From Legionellales bacterium (GTDB lineage Bacteria > Pseudomonadota > Gammaproteobacteria > JAHCLG01): a stretch of DNA of 64,000 nucleotides. A program made the position numbers and the translations under genes. Every line of letters starts with the position of its first letter. Position 1 is the stretch's first letter. Positions 10,962 through 21,170 of the stretch are shown here, piece after piece. Below the pieces are notes generated by a model, which was given only the letters and a program-made list of their open reading frames with translations, was not told where the DNA came from and ran no database searches. The stretch covers positions 3,866 through 67,865 of the forward strand of contig JAHCLG010000013.1 in assembly GCA_026125385.1 (NCBI GenBank), in the 5' to 3' direction.

Positions 10962-13169
10962 ATGGCGATTCTCAAAAATGTTCTTAAGCAACTGATTACT
11001 ATAAAAGTGCATTTAAATCCAAAAGATAATAAGCTGAGAAATACTCTTGAGACTATGAAAAAAATATCAAAACACTTAAATTCAGCACAAAATTTTTTAT
11101 TAAACGACGATGATTACGATGCAATTAGACAAGATATCAAGCAATTAAATCTAACATTTAAAAACCTTAGTATCGAAGAATTTACGACATCTGCTCTCGA
11201 TAAAGTTGATGATTTTCAAGACATGATTGAGGAAGCTATTACCGAAATTATTAACACTCATCACGCCGAAATTAATGAAGTCATCGACGAGTTGAGCAAT
11301 GCATCTAAAGCCGTTGAAAACTTTGAATGTGATTTTTCTAGCGCACTCGAATATCTTGGGCAAGCACGTCAATTACTAGCCAATATGTCTGATAGTGATC
11401 ATGAAGAGATTATCGATAAACTTAACGAGTCTTATGATGGTGTAAAAGAATTTGTGGTAGATGTGAGTGATACTCGCAGTGAGATTGATTCCGAGTATGA
11501 TACTTCGGAACCCGAAAATAGTGACACTGATAACGATTATAGTGATAATTACTCATACTCTGATGCTGATAATTCAGAAAACGAACAAGATGATACAGAA
11601 ATATATGAAAAAGCTGATCAATTTACTGATGAAATTAGTGAAATGATTTCTGAGTTAGAAAACACACAACTAGATGAAGATGAAATTGCAGAGATAGACA
11701 ATCTGCCTAAAATCACCTCAGTTACAGAACCATTCTCTACCTTCAGCGCAGCCTTAGATGAAAATGGCGATGATTCATCGGATGAAGAATTTGCTGAAGA
11801 TATGCGAGAAATGCATTATGGGCTCAATGTTGATGAAATTCTAAAAACAGCAGGCTATGATTTACCTAAAAAGCTTTCTTTTATTGCCCACTATCTAGGC
11901 CGAGAAATATACTATTCTAAAGAAGTGGATGAGCCGTATCGTTTACTCAAAAAAAGTCAACTTAAGAATAATTTTTCAAGCAAGATAAAGGATCATTTTA
12001 CTAGTATAGTGCTGAAAGTAATTAATAAACTTGACGAGTCAAAAGCAGTTGAAAATGTGGCTCCTGTTACTTTAGTTATTCTGAATCTCTTTAATTATTA
12101 TTTGCAAAAATTACGCAGGTTGAATTTTCGTAAAAATAATGAAACGTTTCTACAGAATACTCTAAAAAACCTGAATATTATTCATTGTCACGATCTAGAA
12201 AAAGCAATAAAAAGAATATTCCCTGATAAAAATAATCGTGAAATCAGAATAATCATTGCGGCTATTCAACAAGAAATTCAGAGCACGCCATTTTCGTTCG
12301 ATCGACAAAAAATAGATTATATCAATACAAAAATGCTCAGTAATAGCGCCTATGAATTTTTAGCAAATAAACGGCTTGCCCAACGCTCATTTGTACGCAA
12401 TGTTGGTAATGGTGTTGAAAATTTGAAAAGTTTTAAAATTTCTAACCAAGTATCAACAATTAATTGGCAATTCTTTCCAAATTGCACTACGCAAGAAAGA
12501 CATGAAATATCTTATAACCAATCAACTCAGTTATTTGGTCAGACTGATATGGTTATCAATTTAGGAAAATATAAAGAGATCTGTGTATTGATTGAGATGC
12601 TTAAGAAAAGTTATTCTGGCGACGATGTTATCATTGCCAGACATATTCGTGATATTTTTAATGGCAAAAAACCGCAAGCATGGGATCAGCTTGAGAATAA
12701 TTTACTATCTGAAAATATTAAAACATGTTTAAGTAATCTCACGTATCTTCTTTTAGGTTGTGAACCTACTCGTAATCCAGGGTTGCATATCATCAATCAA
12801 ATGATGTTAGATTTAATTATAGCCGGTCAATTAACTTGGCAAGCAGTATTAACGGGAGATCAGTTTTTAATGCCGATGGCACCGCCAGGTATTACTCGTA
12901 TCGCACGAATTTTAGAAGCTGAATATAATCAGCTACTACCCAGAAAGTATGTTTATATGGGCATTCAAGGATATAAAAAAAATGATGATAGCGATATTAA
13001 TCAGCTCGTTTCACGTGAGGCTGCGATGATCTCATGCTGGCTTCAACATAATAATTATCAATCGAAAATGCCGAAACAAATTATTCATGATATTCGAAAA
13101 CATTATGATCAATGGTTTAAACCCACAATTTCTGCAACGATACAGAGTTCGCCAGGAATTAAAAAATAG
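10962..13169 (+). CDS. large acidic coiled-coil hypothetical protein
   Basis: Long ORF with a run of D/E/S-rich segments. Start placed at MAILKN, which is preceded by an AAGG Shine-Dalgarno. No recognisable catalytic motif. Confidence 0.5.
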   Translation: MAILKNVLKQLITIKVHLNPKDNKLRNTLETMKKISKHLNSAQNFLLNDDDYDAIRQDIKQLNLTFKNLSIEEFTTSALDKVDDFQDMIEEAITEIINTHHAEINEVIDELSNASKAVENFECDFSSALEYLGQARQLLANMSDSDHEEIIDKLNESYDGVKEFVVDVSDTRSEIDSEYDTSEPENSDTDNDYSDNYSYSDADNSENEQDDTEIYEKADQFTDEISEMISELENTQLDEDEIAEIDNLPKITSVTEPFSTFSAALDENGDDSSDEEFAEDMREMHYGLNVDEILKTAGYDLPKKLSFIAHYLGREIYYSKEVDEPYRLLKKSQLKNNFSSKIKDHFTSIVLKVINKLDESKAVENVAPVTLVILNLFNYYLQKLRRLNFRKNNETFLQNTLKNLNIIHCHDLEKAIKRIFPDKNNREIRIIIAAIQQEIQSTPFSFDRQKIDYINTKMLSNSAYEFLANKRLAQRSFVRNVGNGVENLKSFKISNQVSTINWQFFPNCTTQERHEISYNQSTQLFGQTDMVINLGKYKEICVLIEMLKKSYSGDDVIIARHIRDIFNGKKPQAWDQLENNLLSENIKTCLSNLTYLLLGCEPTRNPGLHIINQMMLDLIIAGQLTWQAVLTGDQFLMPMAPPGITRIARILEAEYNQLLPRKYVYMGIQGYKKNDDSDINQLVSREAAMISCWLQHNNYQSKMPKQIIHDIRKHYDQWFKPTISATIQSSPGIKK

Positions 13170-13173
13170 TAAA

Positions 13174-14154
13174 CTATTTTTGTGTTTGCAACAAAGCCTG
13201 AATCGTTTGCACTAAACCCTGTTGAAAATCACAAGGTTGCCAATTTAATTCCTGCTGAGCTTTTTCACTGTTTGGGATAGCTTGCCATTGTAAAAAATGG
13301 AGTTGGCCTTGGGCAATAAGGGGTGGCATTCCGGTGAGATGCGCCCATTTTTCGTTAAGCCAGGCAAATGCTTGCACCAATGTTAAAGGAGCAACGGGTG
13401 GTAGGCGTTTACGTTCAATGTGAGTTAAGGCCTGTTGTGCTATCGCTACAATCGTTTGATACGATTCACTTAAAATATAACGCTCGCCAATTTTTCCATG
13501 AAGTCCTGCTAACACATGACCTTCACCGACATCATGCGCCAATACTACGGGCATGCCTCCCGGTAATAAAAATGGAATTTTACCATCGATTAATCGTTGT
13601 AAAAATCCATTCACACCCAGTGAGCGGCTCGGCCCTGCGCCATAGACTGCTGCTGGATGCAAAAATATGGCGGGCAAATCGCATTGCAGGGCTTCTTCTA
13701 CATAGCGATCAGCTTGTTGTTTAGAGCGTTCATAAGCCGTATGTTTATCTTCTTCAGCGAGTGCTGTTTCATCAAATACGCTGTGGACATTGGCTTTAAA
13801 GACGTCAATCGTGCTGGTATAAATAAATCGCTGAATGGCAGCGCGTAAACTGGCTTCGACCATATTAATGGTGCCATCCACATTCACCGTAAAAAATTGA
13901 TTTTCATTTTTAAGCCATTGTTCAGGAATTCCTGCTGCGTGATACACGGTGTCACAATCCTGCAATGCAGCTTGAATGGAAGTGCGATCGGTGACATCTC
14001 CCATGACAATCTCACAGCCTAATTGCGCCAGATATTCCGCCCGCTTAGGCTCACGCACGAGAAGCTTAACGGGTAAATGACGTCTTAATAAAGCTTGCGT
14101 AATATGATACCCAACCAAACCCGTAGCGCCGGTAACTAATATTTTTTTTGTCAT
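13174..14154 (-). CDS. NAD-dependent epimerase/dehydratase family protein
   Basis: N-terminal VTGATGLVG Rossmann motif. 326 aa. Confidence 0.7.
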   Translation of the reverse strand: MTKKILVTGATGLVGYHITQALLRRHLPVKLLVREPKRAEYLAQLGCEIVMGDVTDRTSIQAALQDCDTVYHAAGIPEQWLKNENQFFTVNVDGTINMVEASLRAAIQRFIYTSTIDVFKANVHSVFDETALAEEDKHTAYERSKQQADRYVEEALQCDLPAIFLHPAAVYGAGPSRSLGVNGFLQRLIDGKIPFLLPGGMPVVLAHDVGEGHVLAGLHGKIGERYILSESYQTIVAIAQQALTHIERKRLPPVAPLTLVQAFAWLNEKWAHLTGMPPLIAQGQLHFLQWQAIPNSEKAQQELNWQPCDFQQGLVQTIQALLQTQK

Positions 14155-14629
14155 AGCACAATCTCCAAAATTAACTTTAAAATCGGCGAATTGGTTATTT
14201 GTCTCTGTTACTCGAATGCATTCGCCGTGGATTTAAATTCTGTTGAGTGTTCTTCGAAATAAGTTTGAATTTCTTCTGAATAAAAAGGCGTAGTCTACAC
14301 CAACCTCGGAATAACTGAAAAACAGTTTATGGTGTGACATAAGTTGAGAGTCTGTGCTCATAAGGGTCGTGAGGGAATAAAAATAAACGGTTGGGTTATC
14401 TAATTGCATTCTAGTCAAGCGTGAGATCGATCATTTTAAAAATAAGTATTCCCCTGGTTCTCTTCGCAGTCACTTTAGCCAAAGTGAATGTTACTTCAAC
14501 GATCTTTATAAGCTAAGCAGCATCCTAATCTTAGACGAAAGAGGGGGCGACATGTATAGAATCGACACTTTCAGACTCAAGCTCGAAGATTTTGCACAGG
14601 CGCTAAGAAAAAAATATTTACGCGCCACT

Positions 14630-14842
14630 TGTAAGTACGCCAGATTATGGTATATAATGTACACTATGTGGTGATGGGAATACGTGACTCGTAAATGGTT
14701 TTGGTAACCTCGTGTTGCCACTATGCCGCGCGACCCTCTCTGCGCGGAAATCGCTACTGGCGACCCCCAAACCAGTAGCACTTCTTCGCCCCGGTGATCT
14801 TCCCTTCCCCCTACCTAATCACATTACCGGGGCTTCTTTTAT
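14630..14842 (+). ncRNA. candidate small RNA or structured leader upstream of mpg
   Basis: A sigma70-like promoter, TTGTAA-N17-TATAAT (about 14630-14660), is followed by three GC-rich hairpins. These are CCGCGC/GCGCGG at 14726-14747 and GCTACTGG/CCAGTAGC at 14753-14779. The third, CCCCGGTGAT/ATCAC..ACCGGGG at 14789-14832, is followed by CTTCTTTTATT and resembles an intrinsic terminator. Confidence 0.35.
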
Positions 14843-14867
14843 TAGCCTGATTCTGTTACAACAGGGC

Positions 14868-15479
14868 ATGATGAAAAAACTTACGTCCACTTTTTTCGAT
14901 CGCGATGCTGTGCAAGTTGCGCGCGAATTATTAGGCAAAATCATTTGCCATCATTATAGCGATCATCTACTAACGGCGATGATCATTGAAACTGAAGCCT
15001 ATTATCTCGACGATAAAGCCAGTCACGCCTCCTTAGGGTTTACCGAAAAACGTAAAGCCCTATTCATGCCAGCAGGCACCATTTACATGTATTACGCGCG
15101 GGGTGGGGATTCATTGAACATCAGTTGTCAGGGTGCAGGTAATGCGGTTTTGATAAAATCGGGCATTGCATATCCCATTATTGAATCGTCTCCACAGATG
15201 ATTTCGATCATGCAAACTTTAAATCCCATTTTACCCACTCAAAAAATTCGCGCTCGCGAAAAATTATGCAGCGGCCAAACCTTGTTGTGTAAGTCATTAG
15301 GTTTAAAAGTGCGCGATTGGGATCAGCAACAATTTAACGATGATTTTTATTTTATCGATAATGATTATTCACCCCAAAAAATTATTACGACCACACGTCG
15401 CGGCATTCCCAAAGGCCGCGATGAGCATTTACCGTATCGTTTTATTGATGCTGCTAACCTAAAATTTTGCAGTCGATAA
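14868..15479 (+). CDS. mpg: DNA-3-methyladenine glycosylase (Mpg/AAG family)
   Basis: FFDRDAVQVARELLGK...YARGG family pattern. The track ORF starts at 14712, but that N-terminal extension overlaps the structured non-coding region. The real start is likely MMKK at 14868 or 14871. Confidence 0.8.
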   Translation: MMKKLTSTFFDRDAVQVARELLGKIICHHYSDHLLTAMIIETEAYYLDDKASHASLGFTEKRKALFMPAGTIYMYYARGGDSLNISCQGAGNAVLIKSGIAYPIIESSPQMISIMQTLNPILPTQKIRAREKLCSGQTLLCKSLGLKVRDWDQQQFNDDFYFIDNDYSPQKIITTTRRGIPKGRDEHLPYRFIDAANLKFCSR

Positions 15480-15573
15480 GGTTAACTTGCTGAAGGTCCA
15501 AAGGTTTTTTGGTTGACAAAATTTGTAATAGGTATTAATTTAATTAATATTATAAACATCTTTTGTCAACTAT

Positions 15574-16374
15574 ATGTCTAAACACCTTTTTGCTCAACAA
15601 GCGGTCTTTACACTACAAGAATTTTACGATTCTTTAATAGCACAGGGTTCCCAAAACCAAACAACTCAATATAATTTATTACGTTACTATCTCAGCAAAG
15701 GGAAACTTATTAAAATACAGCGCGGATTGTTTGCTGTAGTTCCTGATTTGTTTACTCCAGAGACTGTGAATGTAGATCCATATCTTATTACAGGCAAATT
15801 AACTGGCGATGCAATTATTGCCTATCACACAGCGTTGCAATTCCATGGTGTGGCTTACACGGTTTACCAACAATTTTATTTCCTAACACGTTATAACAAA
15901 AAATTATTCTATTTTCATGATCATACTTTCCAAGGTGTTGCATTTCCTAAGATATTAATTACGCATCAACAAGAAAATGTTGCTACAGACACGGTAACAC
16001 GTCAGGGAGTAAAATTACGCATTACTAGCTTAGAAAGGACTATAGTTGATGTTTTAGATAAGCCAGAGTTAGGGGGCGGTTGGGAAGATATATTAGCCTC
16101 ATTTGAAATGGTTGGTGTGCTAAATATTCAAAAATTAATTGATTACGCTTTATTACTTAATAACGCCACACTCATTTCTAAAGTTGGCTTTTTTTTAGAG
16201 AAATATCAAAAGAATTGGGGGGTTAGTGAACAGCAATTGAATTTATTAATGAAATATTTGCCAAAAAGTAAACATTATCTGATTCGCAATAAACGTGGAT
16301 CAGGTAAATATTTTTCTCGTTGGAAGTTGGTAATTCCTAATCGAATATTGCGACATCATGGAGAAGAATTCTAA
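15574..16374 (+). CDS. AbiEi-like winged-helix protein (possible solo antitoxin-family regulator)
   Basis: 266 aa. The N-terminal LRYYLSKGKLIKIQRGLFAVVP pattern and a central AYHTALQFHG pattern resemble AbiEi antitoxin architecture. It shares this layout with the AbiEi at 30325-30960. Confidence 0.4.
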   Translation: MSKHLFAQQAVFTLQEFYDSLIAQGSQNQTTQYNLLRYYLSKGKLIKIQRGLFAVVPDLFTPETVNVDPYLITGKLTGDAIIAYHTALQFHGVAYTVYQQFYFLTRYNKKLFYFHDHTFQGVAFPKILITHQQENVATDTVTRQGVKLRITSLERTIVDVLDKPELGGGWEDILASFEMVGVLNIQKLIDYALLLNNATLISKVGFFLEKYQKNWGVSEQQLNLLMKYLPKSKHYLIRNKRGSGKYFSRWKLVIPNRILRHHGEEF

Positions 16375-16577
16375 TGATTTTAGATAAACAAGGTTTAGCA
16401 GTAGCGGCTAATCAATCAGGTTTTCGTGAAGAAATATTAGAAAAAGTAACTCTGTTTGAGGGGATATCCAGAAACGATAAGGTGAGTGAATAGCAGTAAT
16501 ATGACAATCGTCCCAAAAATCGTGTGATTCAAAATGGCAAAACGTGCAGAACAAAAAACTTTATACAACAGTCATCC

Positions 16578-16994
16578 TTATTCCGGCAATCCCTCAAATC
16601 GTTTTAAATTGATTAATTTATCTTCCCAAGAAGCGCGATTTAAATAAAAAATATGGGCGGTGGGTTGGAGAGAGGTATCTTCATTTAAGGTGCCGGCTGG
16701 TAAAACTACGCTGGTACCTCCTGCTGATCTTGGCAGTGGACTGCCACAGGTTTTGCAAAAAGAGCGCTGTTTCCTAGTGTTTTCTAAGGTAAAATGAGTC
16801 ATATTATTTTCACCCTGCTGCCACACTAATTGAGCATCTTGAAAAAAAACGGTGGCTGCATGACTGGTGCCTGTTTCTTTTCGGCATCGACTACAGTGAC
16901 ACAAATACATGGCGGTTGGTGCTGCTGCGGTAATGATATAATGGCAAGCACCACAAAGACATTGACCTTGATATTGATTCATTAGACACTTCAT
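16578..16994 (-). CDS. GFA-family (glutathione-dependent formaldehyde-activating-like) zinc protein
   Basis: 138 aa. The Cys pattern CLCGACHY...CHCSRCRK...CKTCGS fits the GFA/CENP-V fold. Confidence 0.6.
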   Translation of the reverse strand: MKCLMNQYQGQCLCGACHYIITAAAPTAMYLCHCSRCRKETGTSHAATVFFQDAQLVWQQGENNMTHFTLENTRKQRSFCKTCGSPLPRSAGGTSVVLPAGTLNEDTSLQPTAHIFYLNRASWEDKLINLKRFEGLPE

Positions 16995-17063
16995 CCTGTC
17001 TTTAATTTTAAAACGACTATCATACTGTAAATCATAGTACGTTGAAAACTTGAGAAAATCATA

Positions 17064-17978
17064 ATGAGCATGGCAACCTTAGTAGAAAATGTTGTGAACG
17101 TTTGGGGCGATAAAGGCAAAACCTGGTTGAATAACCTACCTAATATCATTGCTGAATTATCCATGCATTGGCAGTTGAGTGAGGTGAGGCCGGTAAAAAA
17201 CCTGAGCTACAATTATGTCGCAACTGCTAAACAGCATCACAATTTACCGGTGGTATTAAAATTCAGTTGCGATAAGGCACTCATTGAAAACGAGTACCGC
17301 GCATTACAACAATTCAATGGGGTGGGATCGATTCAAGTTATTGACAGACACGCCGATTATAATGCCCTTTTGCTTCAACAAGCCATTCCAGGAAATCTGC
17401 TCAAAGAAAAAGACCGTAGCAATATTGCCGATACTATCAACATTTATGCAGGCGTTATAAAAACATTAGCATCAATTTCCACGGCAGATGGGGGATATAC
17501 TCATGTGGCAACTTGGTGTGAGGCCATCGATAGAATAACCGATCCACGTCTAAGCCTTGACTATATTAATAAAGCAAAAGAACTTAAAAACTATCTTTTA
17601 TCCACGGCCAATCACTATCTCTGTCATGGTGATTTACATTTAGAAAATATTCTAATGCATCACCAACAATGGTTAAGTATCGATCCTAAAGGCATATGGG
17701 GCGAAATGGCCTTTGAAGCGGCGGCTTTTGATGTGTTAGATAACTCAGATTGGGAATTTCCTGAAACTCTTACTCATAAACTGAAGCAGCGATTATCACT
17801 GCTGGCAAATAGTCTTGCGATTTCTGAGGATCGCTTGCGAGCCTGGGTTTTTTTGCGCGTCCTCATTTCAGCTCAATGGACTATAGAAGATAAGGGTGAT
17901 CCTAATAAAATGCTCAGATTAGCAGCACTACTCTATCCTATGCTGGATAACACACGCCCTAACCTTAAGTCAAAATAA
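17064..17978 (+). CDS. aminoglycoside phosphotransferase (APH)-like kinase family protein
   Basis: Brenner-type HGDLHLENIL catalytic motif and a DPK motif. About 300 aa, similar in size to APH(6)/StrB-like proteins. Confidence 0.6.
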   Translation: MSMATLVENVVNVWGDKGKTWLNNLPNIIAELSMHWQLSEVRPVKNLSYNYVATAKQHHNLPVVLKFSCDKALIENEYRALQQFNGVGSIQVIDRHADYNALLLQQAIPGNLLKEKDRSNIADTINIYAGVIKTLASISTADGGYTHVATWCEAIDRITDPRLSLDYINKAKELKNYLLSTANHYLCHGDLHLENILMHHQQWLSIDPKGIWGEMAFEAAAFDVLDNSDWEFPETLTHKLKQRLSLLANSLAISEDRLRAWVFLRVLISAQWTIEDKGDPNKMLRLAALLYPMLDNTRPNLKSK

Positions 17979-18074
17979 ACCCGCAATAGCTGGTGATCAT
18001 GGCATTTTTGTTTATAATCGATGTTTCATGGTCGGCAGCAGCTTCAATCCAGGTTGAACCATAGGACGTTTGGA

Positions 18075-19814
18075 ATGCCTAAAACAACTCTTAATATTTT
18101 TAATAAAGATAAAATTATCAGCCAAACGAATCGCTGGGATTTGATTGCGTTGTTTTTAGTTCTGGGATTAATTGTGGGGTTAGTGTGGGGCGCAAAACAA
18201 ATGACTGTACCCTATCAACTCGGCCAACCCATTCTAATTTCTTTAAACCCAAGTAAATTACCCGATTACGCATTACGATCCGTGCTGCGCATGCTCATTG
18301 CAATGTGTTTTTCATTATTATTTACGTTTACCTTTGGTGCCTGGGCGGCGAAAAGTAAACATGCGGAACGTATTATTATTCCCGCTATCGATATTTTACA
18401 ATCGGTACCCATTTTAGGATTTTTATCCATCTCAATTGCTGGATTTATAGCACTTTTTCCAGGCAGCTTATTAGGCCCTGAGTGTGCGGCGATTTTTGTG
18501 ATTTTCACTTCTCAAGCGTGGAATATGGCGTTAGGTTTTTATCAATCCTTGCGTACCTTGCCGCATGATTTGCATGAAGCAAGTGACATGTTCTTATTGT
18601 CGCCTTGGCAAAAATTTTGGCGAGTAGAAGTACCCTTTGCCATGCCGAGCTTATTATGGAATAGCATGATATCAATGTCTGCCGGTTGGTTTTTTGTGGT
18701 AGCTTCAGAAGCCATTTCTGTTGCAAATCATAATATCACGTTGCCTGGTATGGGTTCCTATATTGCATTAGCCATTAGCAATGCCAATAGCACGGCGGTT
18801 TTTTATGCGATAGTAACCATGCTAGTGGTAATTTTGTTATACGATCAATTGCTATTTCGCCCGATTATCGCTTGGTCAGAAAAATTTAAAACAGAATACG
18901 ATCCTGAAGCGGCGATCGATCCCCCTTGGCTCACCATCTTATTACAACGCACGAAATTAATACGCTATGGCGGGATTTTTATTAGTGCTCTTACCGATTA
19001 TTTTATTAATCTAAAAATATTTCCAACTCGAAAAAAAAATGGCTTACTGCCAAAATCTCACTCATTTACCTTAACGGCGGTGGTAGTTTGGTATGCTTTA
19101 ATTTTTTTAGCAGTGCTCGCTACCTTGCATGGATTGTGGCATTTTATTTTTAAAACCTTAACTTTCCAAGATGCGATACATGTCGCCTATTTAGGATTTA
19201 TCACGGGCTTGCGTGTTATTGTCTTAATTATTATTTGTTCACTCATTTGGGTACCTATTGGCGTATGGATTGGTCTACGTCCGCGAGTTGCCAGAATTAT
19301 TCAACCTATCGCTCAATTTTTTGCAGCATTTCCAGCAAACTTATTATTTCCGCCACTGGTATTATTTATCATTACCTTTCATCTGAATGTGAATGTTTGG
19401 TGCACGCCACTGATGATTTTAGGAACCCAATGGTATATTTTATTTAACGTGATTGCAGGTACTACGTCACTTCCCAAAGATTTATATTACGCAGCAAAAA
19501 ATTTTCAAGTGCAAGGATTATTAAAATGGCGACGATTAATTTTACCCGCTATTTTTCCCTTTTATGTGACTGGTGCGTTAAGTGCTGCTGGAGGTGCTTG
19601 GAATGCTAGCATTGTCGCAGAAGTTTTGACCTGGGGTAAAACTACATTGAGTGCGACAGGACTTGGCGCGTATATTACGCATTTTACCGAACTTGGAGAT
19701 TATCCGCGCATTACTTTAGGCATCACGGTGATGTGCCTTTACGTATTAATTATTAATCGATTATTCTGGAAACCGTTATATAATTTTGCTGAAGAACGTT
19801 TTCAGATCCTCTGA
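18075..19814 (+). CDS. ABC transporter permease with two fused BPD transmembrane domains
   Basis: Two EAA-like loops (EASDMFLLSPWQKFWRVEVPFAMP and AAKNFQVQGLLKWRRLILPAIFP) and about 12 TM segments. Start placed at MPKTTL; 18021 is also possible. Confidence 0.7.
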   Translation: MPKTTLNIFNKDKIISQTNRWDLIALFLVLGLIVGLVWGAKQMTVPYQLGQPILISLNPSKLPDYALRSVLRMLIAMCFSLLFTFTFGAWAAKSKHAERIIIPAIDILQSVPILGFLSISIAGFIALFPGSLLGPECAAIFVIFTSQAWNMALGFYQSLRTLPHDLHEASDMFLLSPWQKFWRVEVPFAMPSLLWNSMISMSAGWFFVVASEAISVANHNITLPGMGSYIALAISNANSTAVFYAIVTMLVVILLYDQLLFRPIIAWSEKFKTEYDPEAAIDPPWLTILLQRTKLIRYGGIFISALTDYFINLKIFPTRKKNGLLPKSHSFTLTAVVVWYALIFLAVLATLHGLWHFIFKTLTFQDAIHVAYLGFITGLRVIVLIIICSLIWVPIGVWIGLRPRVARIIQPIAQFFAAFPANLLFPPLVLFIITFHLNVNVWCTPLMILGTQWYILFNVIAGTTSLPKDLYYAAKNFQVQGLLKWRRLILPAIFPFYVTGALSAAGGAWNASIVAEVLTWGKTTLSATGLGAYITHFTELGDYPRITLGITVMCLYVLIINRLFWKPLYNFAEERFQIL

Positions 19815-19830
19815 ATAAAAGGACTCGCGC

Positions 19831-21138
19831 ATGAAGCCATTGCATAAAGATATTATTACAATTAAAAATGTCAAAAAATCGTTTAAAAAATCCGGTAATC
19901 AAGAATTATTAGTATTGGATAATATAAAATTTTCATTGCGTGAAAATGAAATTGTTGCCTTACTAGGAAAATCGGGATCGGGAAAATCTACCTTATTAAG
20001 AATTATTGCTGGATTAATTTTTCCTGATGCCGGAGAAGCTTTTTATCGCGGAAAATCCATTGAAAAACCCGTCGAAGGAATTTCTATGGTGTTCCAACAT
20101 TTTGCCTTAATGCCTTGGCTTACCGTGTTGCAAAATGTCGAATTAGGCTTAGAAGCCTTAGGGGTGAATCGCCGCGAACGACGTCAACGAGCATTACAAG
20201 CCATCGATACCATTGGACTTGATGGATTTGAATCGGCCTACCCCAAAGAATTATCGGGTGGTATGCGGCAACGAGTCGGGATTGCGCGGGCAATTGTCGT
20301 CAATCCAGACTTATTATTAATGGATGAACCTTTTTCCGCATTAGATGTCTTAACCGCAGAAAATTTACGCAGTGATTTATTAGATCTGTGGCAATCCAAA
20401 AAAACCAATACTAACGGTATCTTGATTGTGACTCACAACATTGAAGAAGCAGTAGCACTAGCCGATCGTATTTTTATTTTTGGCAGTGATCCCGGTTACA
20501 TTCGCGAAAAAATTATTGTGGATATTCCTCATCCGCGCAATGACGATTCTCCTGAATTTCGTCAATTAGTTGATGATATTTATACTGCCATGACCACACG
20601 CCGCGATGAATCGCCACAACAACGCACCCAACGTTTACGTAAAATTGATTTGAGTTTCCGTTTACCGGATGTGCAAGTATCTGAATTAACAGGGGTATTA
20701 GAAACTTTGGATACTCCAGAATATCAAGGGCGCATGGATTTACCCGAACTTGCTGATTACGCGCAAAAAGATATTGATGATTTAGTGCCTCTCACCGATA
20801 TGTTAGTCATTCTTGATTTTGCGCAAGTGAAAGATGGCGATATTCAATTACTCGCCAAAGGTCGGGAATTTGCCAATGCCGATATTCTCGTGCGTAAACA
20901 AATTTTTAAAACGCAATTATTAAAATACATTCCACTCGCACAACATATTTGTCAATTATTAGATGAAAAATCGACTCATCGTTTATCTGAAGATTTCTTT
21001 TTAGATCAGCTTGAAGATTACTTCAGCGAAGAAGAAGCCGAAAGAATTTTACGTACCATGATTGACTGGGGGCGTTACGCAGAAATTTTCGCTTATGATT
21101 ATAACGATGGTATGTTAAGTTTGGAAAATCCAAATTAA
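19831..21138 (+). CDS. ABC transporter ATP-binding protein with C-terminal extension domain
   Basis: Walker A GKSGSGKST, signature LSGGMRQR, Walker B LLLMDEP. About 180 extra C-terminal residues of unknown function. Confidence 0.85.
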   Translation: MKPLHKDIITIKNVKKSFKKSGNQELLVLDNIKFSLRENEIVALLGKSGSGKSTLLRIIAGLIFPDAGEAFYRGKSIEKPVEGISMVFQHFALMPWLTVLQNVELGLEALGVNRRERRQRALQAIDTIGLDGFESAYPKELSGGMRQRVGIARAIVVNPDLLLMDEPFSALDVLTAENLRSDLLDLWQSKKTNTNGILIVTHNIEEAVALADRIFIFGSDPGYIREKIIVDIPHPRNDDSPEFRQLVDDIYTAMTTRRDESPQQRTQRLRKIDLSFRLPDVQVSELTGVLETLDTPEYQGRMDLPELADYAQKDIDDLVPLTDMLVILDFAQVKDGDIQLLAKGREFANADILVRKQIFKTQLLKYIPLAQHICQLLDEKSTHRLSEDFFLDQLEDYFSEEEAERILRTMIDWGRYAEIFAYDYNDGMLSLENPN

Positions 21139-21170
21139 AATTTATTTCTCGCAATTGACTAAGCAGTATT

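Noticed and set aside
14506-14781. 91-aa and 61-aa ORFs (14506-14781 and 14233-14418, minus strand) in the mpg upstream gap, and the 14712 N-terminal extension of mpg
   Set aside because: They overlap the promoter/hairpin module. They have no RBS and odd composition. The mpg homology only begins at MMKKLTSTFF, so the region is better explained as non-coding or structured RNA.
14160-14868. Considered whether the 700-bp ORF-free region is tmRNA, RNase P RNA or 6S RNA
   Set aside because: I compared it from memory with E. coli ssrA (GGGGCUGAUUCUGGAUUCGACGGG... and CCA end), rnpB (GGAAAGUCCGGGCUCCA core) and ssrS. None of the conserved blocks are present, so I only call a generic candidate sRNA/leader.
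16374-16493. 39-codon ORF overlapping the stop of the AbiEi-like gene as a real AbiEii toxin
   Set aside because: It is far too short for a DUF1814 nucleotidyltransferase and lacks the GGTAL motif. At most it is a remnant.
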